Shown here piece by piece: positions 38,418-49,603 of a stretch of DNA of 64,000 nt. The DNA comes from Candidatus Hydrogenedentota bacterium (lineage in GTDB: Bacteria > Hydrogenedentota > Hydrogenedentia > Hydrogenedentales > SLHB01): NCBI GenBank assembly GCA_963745075.1, contig CAVUWV010000008.1, positions 320,001-384,000 on the forward strand, in the 5' to 3' direction. Numbering within the stretch: the first letter of the stretch is position 1; every line of letters starts with the position of its first letter. The notes under the pieces are model-generated. The model saw only the letters and a list, made by a program, of their open reading frames with translations. It had not been told where the DNA came from and did not search any database. The position numbers and the translations under genes are program-made.

Positions 38418-38665
38418 AGCAAATGCCGGCTCCCCTGCTCGTGGATGCTTGCAGCTCACCTTCGCGCGTTAGCGTAGCGTGCCTTTCACGGAAATGCAAA
38501 GGCACGACGTTCGCGGCGATACCCATCGGTGACTGGTCGATCCTCATCGCCGACGCGGCTGCGCCACCCGCGTGCACCGAGCGACGAAAAGGAGAGCGGG
38601 GTTTCCTACCCGCCGATACCCTGGCCTACGTTCCGGGGAATTGATTGACCCACAGCAATTGCACG

Positions 38666-41296
38666 CTACCCGCCCGCCCCTTTCGGCCACTCGGCAACGA
38701 CCGCGTCCCAGAACCCCTGATCGGCGTCTGCTTCGGTTCCGGTAAACGCAAAGTCCTGCTGCAAGGTCTGACCGGTGGCGATGGTTTGCTCCAAACCCGT
38801 GGGCCACGCGCCGCGCGAGTTGGGTTCCAGTTTCCGATAGACCGTAAAAGTCACCGTGCCCGCGGGGACATTCTCCATTCGGTACGTCCCATCCGCCTGC
38901 ACCGGAACCATGATGTGCTCCCGCACGCCCGACGCGTCCACGCAGTCGATCCCGACGCCCATGTTCGGCAACGGCACATCGTTATAGGTCACCACGCCTT
39001 TAACAATGCATTCCTGAGCCGGGAAGACAAAATCCGCGACCGTGGTCTGGCCGGCCTCCACCGCAATGGGAAGGAATCGCATGCATTCATTCATGATGCC
39101 GGGCCCCAGCGAGAAACTGGCGCGGATTTGCCCTTCGCACGCGGACACGTGGTCCATAGCGTACCGGCCCTCCGCATCGGTTTGTGTTGCGGTCCCGCCC
39201 GTTCGAGCGCCTTTCTCAACGAGCAGTTCGATGTGCGCCCCGGCCACCGGTTGGTCGCCAAGCAGAACGCGCCCTTCGATGGCACCGCCGCCGCCGAGCG
39301 TAATGGTTACTGGCGCAGGAGGATTCTTGGTCAGGTCGACCGCGGCAACACCACCGGGCTGGTGATCGGCCTGATACGCCGACACCCACGAACAATCTTT
39401 GGACACATCTTCCAGCACGAACCGGCCGTCGCCGTCCGTGTGCGCCCGCGCTAGCTTGGGGTAGTCCATCGCATACACGCGAGGAATCGGCCCCTCGAAT
39501 ACCAACGCATCCGCAACGGGCGCGTCTGTCGCATCGACCACCCGGCCTTCCACCGAAATGCCCCGCTCAAGGGCAATGACTACGCCAGATGTCGTTACGC
39601 CCGGTTCGATCATTTCACCGGTATGAAACGCCACCGCCCGGCCGGGCGCGCGGACGATCAGGGTTACGTTGCCCGTTTGTGCGTTTTGCAGCGCAAACCG
39701 TCCGGCCTCGTCATGCACGGGTCGCAACGTATAGTCCATACCCCAGGAGAAATCCCGCTGCCAGCCGTCCGCCCAGGCGATCGAGAAATCCGGCAACGGC
39801 GTTCCGGATTCCGCCGCGACGACCTGGCCTTCAATGACCCCTTGACCGCCCAGCGCCAACTCGAACCCCTCGGGATTCGCCACACAATTTGCGAGAAACG
39901 CCGAACCGTACTTCGGATGGGACGCATACATATTGAACGGGCCGTCTTCAAACCGCGTAAACGAAAACTCGCCCTCGGAATTCGTCCGTGCTTCGACCAG
40001 CGGCCCGCCTTTTGAGGAAACCTGCGCATCCGCAACCGGCTTGCCTTCGACGTCCATCACCCGGCCGAAGATTCGGACGCCCTGCGTGCGGTCGTAGACG
40101 ATCTTCATATCGTCAATGGACTCACCTTCGGCGAGCGTAAAACGCTTAAACGATTTCGTCGTGTAGACCGTGGTTCCCGGCAGCAACAATTCCACGTCGT
40201 ACGTGCCCGGCGCTAGGCCGTTCACCGTAAAGGCGCCTTCATCATCGGTCTCGCTCCAAATACTGCCTTTCTCCAATTCTTCCGTGCCGTCCTCTTTCAC
40301 CGTGACCATCCGGGGCAGGATTTTCACATCAGGCATCAGTTTGCCCGTCTCGTCGATCACGTGTCCTTGGATCTGGGGTGACGTTGCGGTCGCGGGCTTG
40401 CCAACGTCAGGTTCGTTCGCGCCAGACGCCACGCTGCCGAGCAGTTGGTTAAAGATCCCTTCACCGGCAGGTGTCTCCGGCGCTGCGTCATTCGTCGCGA
40501 CCACGGGCGGTAGCGGCGGAGCTTTCTCTTCTCTGTTCAATGCCTTCCAAAGTCCAAACCCGCCGACCGCGACCACCACCGCGACCAACGCAATTACCTT
40601 CGGTATAGCCAACGCGGACACGGATGCGGTGGTCCCCGCGAGTCCAGCTGACCCCGTTGCTGCCGTCACCTTCCACGCAACCGGAGCCGCGGCCACTGCG
40701 CCCATAACCTTTTCGACACGCTCCTCGCGAGGCGGCACCTCCGCCGGCGTTTCGCCCAACGCGCGAACCAACCGCTCGCTCAGTACTTCCCGCGCACGAA
40801 CGAGGCGTTTCTGCGCGGCCGCCCGCGAGATATCCAGGATCTGCGCCACTTCGCGCAACGAGTGTCCCGCGAAGTAGTGGAGCAGGATTACCTCGCGCGG
40901 CCCGGCTTCCATCGCCATGAGCTGCGCCCGCACGACCTCATATTCGTCACGCTGTTCCGGTTTCGGTGTTACGTCGGTATTCCTGGGCAGTTGTTCCACA
41001 AGCTTGTCCCTGCGTTGGCGTTTGCGGACCAGGTCGATAGCGGCGTTCCGCGTCAGCGCGGCCAGCCAGGAACCGAAACGCTTGCGGTCCCGCAACGTGT
41101 CCAGGGATTGGTAGGCTTTGAGGAAGGCGTCCTGCGCCGCGTCCTCCGCGTCGGCGTGGTTCCCGCGTATGCGCAAGGCTACGGCGTGCGCCGTTTGCAG
41201 GTACCGCTCGACCAGGCGCGAAAAGGCCTGCTGAGTACCCGCAAGCGTATTGCGCACCAATTCGTCGTCGGATGTCTTCTGCGATCGAAACATCAT
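38666..41296 (-). CDS. ECF sigma factor fused to a TM helix and extracytoplasmic carboxypeptidase-regulatory-like repeats
   Basis: Region 2 DAEDAAQDAFLKAY...FGSWL, region 4 SLREVAQILDIS...RLVRAR; TM VIALVAVVVAVGGFGLW; repeated G-x-V-x-D-x-x-G-x-P-V and TD-x-x-G-x-F units. Confidence 0.88.
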   Translation of the reverse strand: MMFRSQKTSDDELVRNTLAGTQQAFSRLVERYLQTAHAVALRIRGNHADAEDAAQDAFLKAYQSLDTLRDRKRFGSWLAALTRNAAIDLVRKRQRRDKLVEQLPRNTDVTPKPEQRDEYEVVRAQLMAMEAGPREVILLHYFAGHSLREVAQILDISRAAAQKRLVRAREVLSERLVRALGETPAEVPPREERVEKVMGAVAAAPVAWKVTAATGSAGLAGTTASVSALAIPKVIALVAVVVAVGGFGLWKALNREEKAPPLPPVVATNDAAPETPAGEGIFNQLLGSVASGANEPDVGKPATATSPQIQGHVIDETGKLMPDVKILPRMVTVKEDGTEELEKGSIWSETDDEGAFTVNGLAPGTYDVELLLPGTTVYTTKSFKRFTLAEGESIDDMKIVYDRTQGVRIFGRVMDVEGKPVADAQVSSKGGPLVEARTNSEGEFSFTRFEDGPFNMYASHPKYGSAFLANCVANPEGFELALGGQGVIEGQVVAAESGTPLPDFSIAWADGWQRDFSWGMDYTLRPVHDEAGRFALQNAQTGNVTLIVRAPGRAVAFHTGEMIEPGVTTSGVVIALERGISVEGRVVDATDAPVADALVFEGPIPRVYAMDYPKLARAHTDGDGRFVLEDVSKDCSWVSAYQADHQPGGVAAVDLTKNPPAPVTITLGGGGAIEGRVLLGDQPVAGAHIELLVEKGARTGGTATQTDAEGRYAMDHVSACEGQIRASFSLGPGIMNECMRFLPIAVEAGQTTVADFVFPAQECIVKGVVTYNDVPLPNMGVGIDCVDASGVREHIMVPVQADGTYRMENVPAGTVTFTVYRKLEPNSRGAWPTGLEQTIATGQTLQQDFAFTGTEADADQGFWDAVVAEWPKGAGG

Positions 41297-41395
41297 GTCC
41301 AATTGTCCTCCCGACAAGTAGACGTATCAGCGCCGGAAGTGCAGACATAGTATAAAGGCGCGGAATGCGCTGCGAAAAAGTCGGACTTCCGCAGA

Positions 41396-41430
41396 CAGAT
41401 CGGTCCGATCCGTCGGATCCGTCCGATCGG
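41396..41430. repeat. 9-nt periodic repeat, family F (GATCGGTCC/GATCCGTCG)
   Basis: 41398-41417 is the exact reverse complement of 24008-24027, which lies inside the CbiL-like gene. Confidence 0.7.
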
Positions 41431-41551
41431 GATAAGCTCTTGACCGCCGCGCCTTGTCCATTCGGTCCCTGCCGTGTACCATGACTGCCAAACCTCCCGA
41501 TCGCCGAAACACGAGCAATTGCTCCACGAAGCAAGAAGGGAACCCATCACC

Positions 41552-42853
41552 ATGCGCAATCCAACGACCTTCTTTCCGTGCCTTTTCCTCAGTATTCTTA
41601 CCGCCGCCATGCTGATGGGCTGCGGCGGCGAGAACAACGAATCCGGCGTCACCGTGGTGAAGGCCTGGGCGCACAACGGTCAGGAACCCGAACGCCAGGC
41701 CTTGCGGCAATTCGTCGAGACCTTCAATCAAGACCATCCCGACATCCGCGTCGAACTGACGCTGTTGCCGGACGGGTCCTACAACGCGCAGGTCCAATCT
41801 GCTGCGCTGGCCGACGACTTGCCCGATCTCCTCGAGTTCGACGGGCCCTTTGTCTACAACTACTGCTGGCAAGGCCATCTCATCCCCATCGATTCCATGG
41901 TTACGGAGGCGCAACGCGACAACATCATTAAACCCATCCTCGAACAGGGCACCTACCGCGACCACCTCTATTCTCTGGGCATGTACGATTCGGGGCTCGC
42001 ACTCTACGCGCGCAAGAGCATGCTGGAGGCCGTGGGCGCGCGCATCCCAAAAGGGCCGGACGACGCGTGGTCGGTGAAAGAGTTCGACAGCATCCTTGCC
42101 GATCTCGCCGCGAACGATGACGACGGCCAGGTACTCGATCTCAAGTTGAATTACACCGGCGAATGGTTCACGTACGCGTTTTCCCCTGCGCTGCAGTCCG
42201 CGGGCGGCGATCTGATCGCACGGCCGGACTACCAAACCTCGGAAGGCGTGCTGAACGGTCCCGAGTCCGTCGGCGCCATGAAATGGTTTCAGCAATGGGT
42301 CCACGAGAAACATTATGTGGATGCGAATGTGGACGATGACGCCTTCACGGGCGGGCGTGTCGCCCTATCCTGGGTCGGCCACTGGGAGTATCCCCGTTAT
42401 GCCAAGGCGCACGGCGACGACTTGATTCTGATCCCCCTGCCGGACTTCGGCAAGGGCACCCGCACCGGACAAGGTTCGTGGAATTGGGGAATCACTAAGC
42501 ATAGCGAACATCCCGAAGCGGCCATGCAGTTTCTCTCCTTCCTCATGGAAGATCCGCAAATCCTGACCATGACGGAAGGGAATGGCGCCGTCCCCGCGAC
42601 CAAGAGCGCGATTGCCAAATCGGAGTCCTATCAGGAAGGCGGCCCCTTGCGGCTGTATGTGGACCTGCTCACGGGCGGGTATTCTGTTCCCCGTCCGAAG
42701 ACTCCCGCCTATCCCGTCATTACTTCCGTGTTCCAACAGGCCTTCGACGATATCATCAACGGAGGCGACGTCCAGGCCGACCTCGACGACGCCGCGGCCG
42801 AGATCACGGAAGACATCAAGGACAACCAGGGCTACCCGGCACAGGGCGAATAA
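41552..42853 (+). CDS. Sugar ABC transporter substrate-binding lipoprotein
   Basis: Lipobox LMGC; FNQDHPDIRV, LPDLLEFDGP, GHWEY, HPEAA, PRP-x-TP-x-Y. Confidence 0.9.
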   Translation: MRNPTTFFPCLFLSILTAAMLMGCGGENNESGVTVVKAWAHNGQEPERQALRQFVETFNQDHPDIRVELTLLPDGSYNAQVQSAALADDLPDLLEFDGPFVYNYCWQGHLIPIDSMVTEAQRDNIIKPILEQGTYRDHLYSLGMYDSGLALYARKSMLEAVGARIPKGPDDAWSVKEFDSILADLAANDDDGQVLDLKLNYTGEWFTYAFSPALQSAGGDLIARPDYQTSEGVLNGPESVGAMKWFQQWVHEKHYVDANVDDDAFTGGRVALSWVGHWEYPRYAKAHGDDLILIPLPDFGKGTRTGQGSWNWGITKHSEHPEAAMQFLSFLMEDPQILTMTEGNGAVPATKSAIAKSESYQEGGPLRLYVDLLTGGYSVPRPKTPAYPVITSVFQQAFDDIINGGDVQADLDDAAAEITEDIKDNQGYPAQGE

Positions 42854-42904
42854 TAATCGGTGTTACAATGTTTAGAGTAATTGAGACGCAACATGGGAGC
42901 GCGT

Positions 42905-43543
42905 ATGAAGGTAAGTAAACTCCGGGAGGAAATTGCAAACAGCATCACCCACGGCATCGGGTTTCTTCTCAGCGTCGTGGGTCTCGTGGTCCTGGTCGTG
43001 TCCGCATCCATCGAAGGCGACCCCTGGAAAGTCGTCAGCTTCACGGTATACGGCTCGTCCCTGGTCGCCCTGTATCTCGCTTCGACCTTCTACCATAGCT
43101 TTCATTCCCCCCGCCTGAAACACGCGCTGCGCGTCATCGATCACTGCGCCATCTATTTGCTCATTGCCGGGACCTACACGCCGTTTACGCTCCTGAATAT
43201 GCGGGGACCCTGGGGATGGACCCTGTTCGGCGTTATTTGGGGATTGGCCGCCATCGGCATTGGCGCGAAAGCATTCCACGTGGACCGCTATCCCATCCTG
43301 ACGCCGCTCATCTACATCGCCATGGGGTGGTTGGGCGTTATCGCGCTACGACCCACGCTGGAAACGATTCCCGCGGGCGGCATCGCGCTGCTGGCTGCCG
43401 GCGGAATCACCTACACCGTCGGCGTGATTTTCTACGCCCTCGATCGCCTGCCTTACAACCACGCCGTCTGGCATCTCTTCGTGCTCGGCGCCAGCGCCTG
43501 CCATTTCTTCGCCGTCTTCTTCTACGCCATGCACGCCGGCTGA
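42905..43543 (+). CDS. Hemolysin III / PAQR family membrane protein
   Basis: EEIANSITHG, STFYH, DHCAIYLLIAGTYTP, HAVWHLFV. Confidence 0.93.
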   Translation: MKVSKLREEIANSITHGIGFLLSVVGLVVLVVSASIEGDPWKVVSFTVYGSSLVALYLASTFYHSFHSPRLKHALRVIDHCAIYLLIAGTYTPFTLLNMRGPWGWTLFGVIWGLAAIGIGAKAFHVDRYPILTPLIYIAMGWLGVIALRPTLETIPAGGIALLAAGGITYTVGVIFYALDRLPYNHAVWHLFVLGASACHFFAVFFYAMHAG

Positions 43544-43611
43544 CGCCCGCTCCTTGACTGAGGAATTCCATCCCGCCACAATCGTGTCCGGCTGGTTCAA
43601 GGAGGAATTCC

Positions 43612-44334
43612 ATGGTTGCATCGCAAGAAGCGGCGGTTGACGAATCCACCCCCCAAAGCCAATGGGTCATCGAACGTGTATTCAACCGCAAGCGCGACGG
43701 CTACTTCATCGAGGCCGGCGCCTGCGTCGGCATCGGCGGCTCCAATACCTGCGTGTTGGAACGCGACTACGGCTGGCGCGGGCTCTGTGTCGAGCCGCAC
43801 CCCGATTTGTACGCCGAACTCGTCAAGAACCGCCAATGCGCCACGGCCAACTGCTGTCTTACCGCGCGGGATACGGAAGTGGACTTCCTGGTCAATCCCG
43901 ATCTCCCCGGAACCAGCGGCATTCAGGATACCCTGGCCCCGAACGTGAAGGGTGCGTTTTATCAGGACGACAAGCAGTACCAGGCCATCAAAGTTCCGGG
44001 TCGTCCCCTTTGGGATCTCCTCCGCGAGCACGAGGCGCCGCACACTATTGACTATTTCAGCCTCGACATCGAAGGCGCCGAATACGAGGCCATGAAGGAT
44101 TTTCCCTTCAACGAGTACACCTTTGCCGCCATGACGATCGAACGCGGGTCGAAGGACTATCTGAAACTCCGCGCGCTCATGCGCGAAAATGGTTACCGGC
44201 TCACCATCGTCGACGCGATGGACGATTTCTGGGTGCATGATTCCACGCCCTACGCGATGGGGCTGGGCGACCGTCTCCAAGTTTCCGCCCGTTGTGCCGT
44301 TCAACAGATCAAAGCCGCGCTGCGATCGGGCTGA
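43612..44334 (+). CDS. FkbM-family methyltransferase
   Basis: YFIEAGA, SNT, GWRGLCVEP, IDYFSLDIEGAE. Confidence 0.88.
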   Translation: MVASQEAAVDESTPQSQWVIERVFNRKRDGYFIEAGACVGIGGSNTCVLERDYGWRGLCVEPHPDLYAELVKNRQCATANCCLTARDTEVDFLVNPDLPGTSGIQDTLAPNVKGAFYQDDKQYQAIKVPGRPLWDLLREHEAPHTIDYFSLDIEGAEYEAMKDFPFNEYTFAAMTIERGSKDYLKLRALMRENGYRLTIVDAMDDFWVHDSTPYAMGLGDRLQVSARCAVQQIKAALRSG

Positions 44335-44363
44335 TCGCGGGCCAACTGCTCGAGGACCTTCCG

Positions 44364-44852
44364 TTGCCGTACACGCCGATCCTTGCCACATTGGGCTACG
44401 TCATGTCTCCCAACCGACGTGAAACCCTGATGGTGCACCGCCACAAGCGCGACGACGACCAGCACCTCGGCAAGTACAACGGGCTCGGCGGCAAACTCGA
44501 ACCGGGGGAAGACGTCGTCGCCTGCATGAAACGCGAGATCCGCGAAGAAGCGGGTATCGAATGCCTCGAAATGGTCCTGCGCGGCACCATCAGTTGGCCC
44601 GGATTCGGCAAAGGCGGGGAAGACTGGTTCGCATTCGTCTTTCGCATCGACCGCTTCGACGGAACGCCCCATTCGGAAAACCCCGAAGGCACCCTCGAAT
44701 GGATCCCCGTGGATCGCGTCCTCGACCTGCCCCTGTGGGAAGGGGATCCCCACTTCCTGCCCCTGGTCTTTTCGAACGATCCGCGCCAGTTCCACGGCCT
44801 TATGCCCTACGACGGCGGCCGGCCCCTGAACTGGTCCTACACCCTCTGCTGA
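44364..44852 (+). CDS. NUDIX hydrolase (8-oxo-dGTP diphosphatase-like)
   Basis: Nudix box GGKLEPGE-x6-REIREEAG; probable TTG start (MPYTPILATLGY). Confidence 0.9.
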   Translation: MPYTPILATLGYVMSPNRRETLMVHRHKRDDDQHLGKYNGLGGKLEPGEDVVACMKREIREEAGIECLEMVLRGTISWPGFGKGGEDWFAFVFRIDRFDGTPHSENPEGTLEWIPVDRVLDLPLWEGDPHFLPLVFSNDPRQFHGLMPYDGGRPLNWSYTLC

Positions 44853-44947
44853 CCGCCTTCCCTCGTCCGCATCTTTACTCTCCCGTCGAATTGGGCTAGA
44901 GTGGGGGACGTTTTCCAATCGAATCGAGGGGTATAAGCGAGGGAACC

Positions 44948-45892
44948 ATGCGCAAAACAACGACACGGAGAGAATTCATGAAAACCACAGGCGCCGGAAT
45001 TGCAGCCGCCACCGCGGCATCGGCGGGGTTCAAAGGCGCGAAAGCCGCGCGCGAATACACCATATCGCTGGCGGGGTGGTCGCTCCACCGGACCATCGGA
45101 AAGGGTGAGGGCAAGACGCCCATGCTCGACATGCCCAAACTATCCCGCGAGGAATGGGATATCGGCGCCATCGAACTCGTGAACAACATGCTCGATCCCC
45201 ACGACGAGTCGTTTGCCAATATGAAACCCTACATCGATCAACTCGCCAAGAATGCCGCGTTCCACAACGTTCAATTCATGCTCATCATGGTCGACGGCCA
45301 GGGAAGCATCGGCGGCGAAGAGCAGGCCGAGCGCGATCAAGCGGTCACGAACCATCAGAAATGGATCGACATCTCGAACTATCTCGGCTGCCACTCCATG
45401 CGCATGAACTGGGTCGGCGCGCCGCACAACGTCGTGGAAGACGACGCGGCGTTAACCGCCTTCATCGAACGCTCCGTGCCCGGGTTCCGCGCCTTGTGCG
45501 ATTACGGCGACGGGAAGGACATCAACGTCATCATCGAAAACCACGGCGGCGCGTCCTCCCATCCCGCGGCGGTGGAGAAGCTGATGGCGGCCGTCGATCA
45601 CCCCCGCTTCGGCACCTTGCCCGACTTCGGCAATTTCCCCGATGACGTCGATCTCTACGACGGTATCGACCGGCTCATGAACTTCGCCATCAAAGCCGTC
45701 AGCGCGAAATGTTACGACTTCGACGACACCACCGGCGACGAGACCAAGTTGGATTACCCGCGGATCATCGAGAATGTCGTCGACAAGCACGGCTACCACG
45801 GCCACATCGGCATCGAATTCGAAGGCGACCGGCTCACCGAATTCGAAGGCATCCGCCGCTGCAAAGCCCTGCTCGACCGGCTGATGGCCTAG
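44948..45892 (+). CDS. Tat-exported sugar phosphate isomerase/epimerase (AP endonuclease 2 fold)
   Basis: TRREFMK; IENHGG, LPDFGNF, GIEFEG. Confidence 0.88.
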   Translation: MRKTTTRREFMKTTGAGIAAATAASAGFKGAKAAREYTISLAGWSLHRTIGKGEGKTPMLDMPKLSREEWDIGAIELVNNMLDPHDESFANMKPYIDQLAKNAAFHNVQFMLIMVDGQGSIGGEEQAERDQAVTNHQKWIDISNYLGCHSMRMNWVGAPHNVVEDDAALTAFIERSVPGFRALCDYGDGKDINVIIENHGGASSHPAAVEKLMAAVDHPRFGTLPDFGNFPDDVDLYDGIDRLMNFAIKAVSAKCYDFDDTTGDETKLDYPRIIENVVDKHGYHGHIGIEFEGDRLTEFEGIRRCKALLDRLMA

Positions 45893-45903
45893 AGCGATTC
45901 GTC

Positions 45904-45993
45904 AATGGGACCGATGGGACCCATGCGACCTATTGGCCATCAAAAGCATCGATGTCTGGTTTTATAGGTCTCATTCGTCTCATAGGTCCCATT
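45904..45993. repeat. Inverted pair of 9-nt periodic repeats (ATGGGACC type)
   Basis: Arms 45904-45933 and 45964-45993 between convergent genes. Confidence 0.65.
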
Positions 45994-45997
45994 GCAT

Positions 45998-46703
45998 TCA
46001 CGGATTCGTCCCCCAGATATCCATGTCCCGAATCAGCGTGCGCCCCGGCAGGCACGCCATGTGCACGACAGTCGCCGCGATGTCTGCCGCATGCAGGTGA
46101 AGTCCCGGTCCATGGGCGGGCCCATTATCCTCACCGGTGTTGACCGCGCTCGGATTAAGCACCATCACCCGGATATTGTGTCGCCGCACCTCGTAGATCA
46201 GCGCCTGCGAAAACCCCTGCAATCCGAACTTGCTCGTTGCGTAGGCGGCCGCGCCCCGGATCGCCCTTCTTTCCGCTCATGGAACTGATCATGAAGATGT
46301 CGCCGCGCTCCTTCGCGATCATCCCGGGCAGAAACGCCTTCGTCGTAAGAAACACGCCCGTCAGGTTCGTCGCGATCACTTCGTTCCAGTACTCCAGCGG
46401 CAATTCGGCCACTGGCGCACCAAGAAATGCCGCGGCGTTGTTCACGAGAATATCGAGCGCACCCAGATCGCCGGTCACGGCTTTCGCCAACTGTTCAATC
46501 GCTTCCGGGTCGCGCTGATCGCACACATAGGGGCGGCACCGCGCACCGATACTCTCCGCCGATGCGGTAATCGTGTCGCGGTTGCGGCCCGTAATAGCCA
46601 CCGTCGCCCCTGCCTCGTGCAACGCGCGGGCGATATGTTTGCCGATGCCCCGGCTCCCGCCGGTAACCAGCGCCGTTTTTCCGGAGAGGTCATTCTGTTG
46701 CAT
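45998..46703 (-). CDS. Short-chain dehydrogenase/reductase (frameshift near 46256)
   Basis: TGGSRGIG, NNAA; removing one G from a G run restores GDPGAAAYATSKFG. Confidence 0.85.
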
Positions 46704-46707
46704 GGGG

Positions 46708-47528
46708 TTACTCCTTGTGCGCGTTCAGGGCGTTGATTAGATCGCCGGAATCGAAGACAAATCCGAACTGCACGGAAACCCGCCACAGCCCCAGGTCCTT
46801 GGCAAGTTGATGCCGCGCCGTTTCCTTCATTTCAACCGCCGTGGTTGCGTCGCGAATCACCGAACACAACACGCCGCGACGATGCATGTCCATCATGCCA
46901 CCCGGCGACGTGAGTAGACACGCGTCCACCGCGAATCCCATGTAGATAAGGTGATTGATCCCGTGTGCCTTGCACAGCGCAAACAACTGATGCGTGTCAT
47001 GCGCAATGGGTTCGTTCGCGAGGGGGTGCGCTTCCGGCGCAAAATCGAGGTGCGCGAACCCGCGGTCGATGTCTTCCAGATTGTCCCGGCCGGGGTACGC
47101 GTGGTCCCGCTTGAACGCGAGCAATGCGTCGCGCACCGGGTCGCTCGGGACTTTCTCTACGTCATCGGATCCGGACTGGCCAGTTCCCGCGTTTGCGCGT
47201 AGCCCGGCAGATTCTTGTAGTACTCGTCGCCGCCCACCACGTGAAACAGCGGCAAGGGGGAGCGCCGGACCGCGGCCAGCAGCGGAGGAAACACCCGCCA
47301 CCCGATCTCCGCCGCGCGCGGGATATACGGCACCGCCCGGTGCCAACCCGGAAACCGCTCTTCATCGCCGCAGTCCCACGCGTGCATGACCGCAACGGCC
47401 GTATGGTCCGGTGCGATCTCAATATCACTACGTTGCCACCCCCCGAACCCCTCTTCGGGCACGTCGCGCGAAAAGTCCGCATCGAAGTGCTGGTAGTAAT
47501 ATGCGGGCAACCGAATCGTCGTTGACAT
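46708..47528 (-). CDS. Isochorismatase/cysteine-hydrolase-like protein (frameshift near 47165)
   Basis: TAVAVMHAW, GINHLIYMGFAVDAC, IRDATTA. Confidence 0.6.
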
Positions 47529-47644
47529 CGTGCACTCCTCAAGCAGCGCCCCTGTCGGTAACCCCATTTCGCCACGGATACCGCTGCACGATCAACTGCT
47601 CGGGCAAAGTTACGCCCAACCGTCATCCGGGCGCCAGCTTACCA

Positions 47645-47792
47645 CTCATCGTAATCGTGCTCGTTATCGTAATCGAATTGGACTTCCGTGTATCCGCCAA
47701 TAGAAGCACAACACCCGGAATCGGGAAGCTGTAATTTTCGCGATAAATGGAGGTCAATTGATTACGATTACGACAACGATTACGAGCACGAG
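47645..47792. repeat. Inverted pair of family D 6-nt periodic repeats
   Basis: ATCGTAATCGTGCTCGTTATCGTAATCG and GATTACGATTACGACAACGATTACGAGCACGAG. Confidence 0.75.
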
Positions 47793-47908
47793 TTGGGCAA
47801 GGTCTGGCTCGATCGTTGCCAATGGTTCGTGGCACCGCGCGTGCTTTGCTCGGGCTATTCTACCGCGCCATGTTGAACTACCCGACGCAAGCCGTCAGAA
47901 TCTCGCCC

Positions 47909-49584
47909 ATGCTGGATCGCGTCGATAAACCCGTTCCCGAGCCGTCCCGCGAGCCCGGGATCCCTCCGCCGCCACCCTCGGGCGCATGGCGGATGCTCCT
48001 CGAGTACATCCTCTGGACGGCTCTGTTTCTCGCGGGCGTGGCTGATTCTGCACCTGCTCAAACTCGAAGCCATCGACGGCCACGCGACGCCCTTCTACGC
48101 GCTTCCTTCGTCCCCTGCACGAATCGTGGGCCGAAGTGCTGGCCCTCTTCCCGATCATCGTCGTTCCTGCGTATCTGATGCGCGGTGTATTGACGAGAAG
48201 ATGGGCCCCCGGGTGGGGATGGGGCATCCTGCTTGCCGTCGGACTTCATCGCGCCGTGCGCTTTCGTCGCCGAGGTCTATTACGCAAAGACCGGCGGCGA
48301 CGACTATTCGTTGGTTCGCGCTGGCGCGATCGCAACCGTCGTGTTGACGCGCGACAGCGTTCCCGTTCTCATCGCCGAAGCGGGAATCTCTCTCGGCCTC
48401 CTGGGGTTTCGTCATCTCCGCAAAGGCGACCGAAGCCTCTCCGTACCGTGTTCCTATGCCTGTTCCTGCTGGGCGCCATGGCGTGTCTGTTCTTCTTTTC
48501 CGGCGCCATCGCCGAACTCCGACGGAGTTCCGAGCCGTTGACCGACGGCATCACCAAGGCCTACAGCCGAACCACGCAGGAATACATCGCCGACATCGGC
48601 AAGGGCGACACCATTCACGGATTCATGGAGAACTTCATCGCGTTGCACCCCATACTGTCCCACCACCAGCGCGTGCACCCGCCGGGACCGACGATTCTGT
48701 TGTGGTTGCTATCGTTCCTGGTCGGCCGCGGCACGCTGGCCTTGTCCCTCGCCACCATGGCCGGCGCGACGTTGTCGCTCGTTCCCTGTTTCCTGTGGGC
48801 CCGCGAACTTGGCGGCGGACGCATGGGTCTCGTCGCCTGCGCCATCTTCGTCTTCTGTCCCGGAATCGTCGCTTTCACCGCGACCAGCGCCGACATGCTT
48901 TTCATGCCGTTCACGCTCATGGCGTTGTTCCTGTTCGAACGCGCCGTGCGCCGCGAATCCTGGCTGGCCGCGCTGGGCAGCGGGATCTTCTACGCCCTCG
49001 CGGTCTTCTGCTCGTTCAACATCATGTGCATCGGGTTCTACTTCGGACTCGTTGGCCTCTGGGAATTGCGCGACCGCGAAGGACGATTCCCCATCATTCG
49101 CACCGCCGCGCTCATGCTGCTTGGATTCGTGGGTACTTACGGCCTCATGTACCTCTGGTCGGGATTCAACATGATCGACTGCTTCCTCGTCGGCTGGCAG
49201 GAGCAGCGCTTTGATCTTACCACCCAAACCAACCGCTGGGCCGCCCCCTGGTGGCGCTTGTTCCATCCGCTGTCGGTCATCTACTACGTCGGTATCCCCG
49301 TGACGGTTTTGCTTGTCCAGCGGCTGTACCGGCCCGACGCCATTCAGCACCCCACCTTCGTGATGATGGTGCTCACTTTCCTCTTCCTCAACGCCGTCGT
49401 CCCCGCCCGCGGCGAAATGGAGCGCACCGGCCTCTACATGTACCCCTTGCTCATCGCCCCCGCCGCCCACCTCCTAACCACCCGCTGGCAGCAATCCCGT
49501 TCCGAAGCCCCCCTCGCCGTCGCGCTCGGCTTCCTCGCGTTCCAATGCTGGCTGACCGAGTATTTGTTCTGGACCTACTGGTGA
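47909..49584 (+). CDS. GT-C fold (ArnT/PMT-like) membrane glycosyltransferase; 5' part frameshifted
   Basis: EY motif, HPPG, multiple TMs, GEMER; N-terminal TMs spread over several frames between 47909 and about 48430. Confidence 0.6.
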
Positions 49585-49603
49585 TGAGCGAAGCGGCGGA
49601 CGC

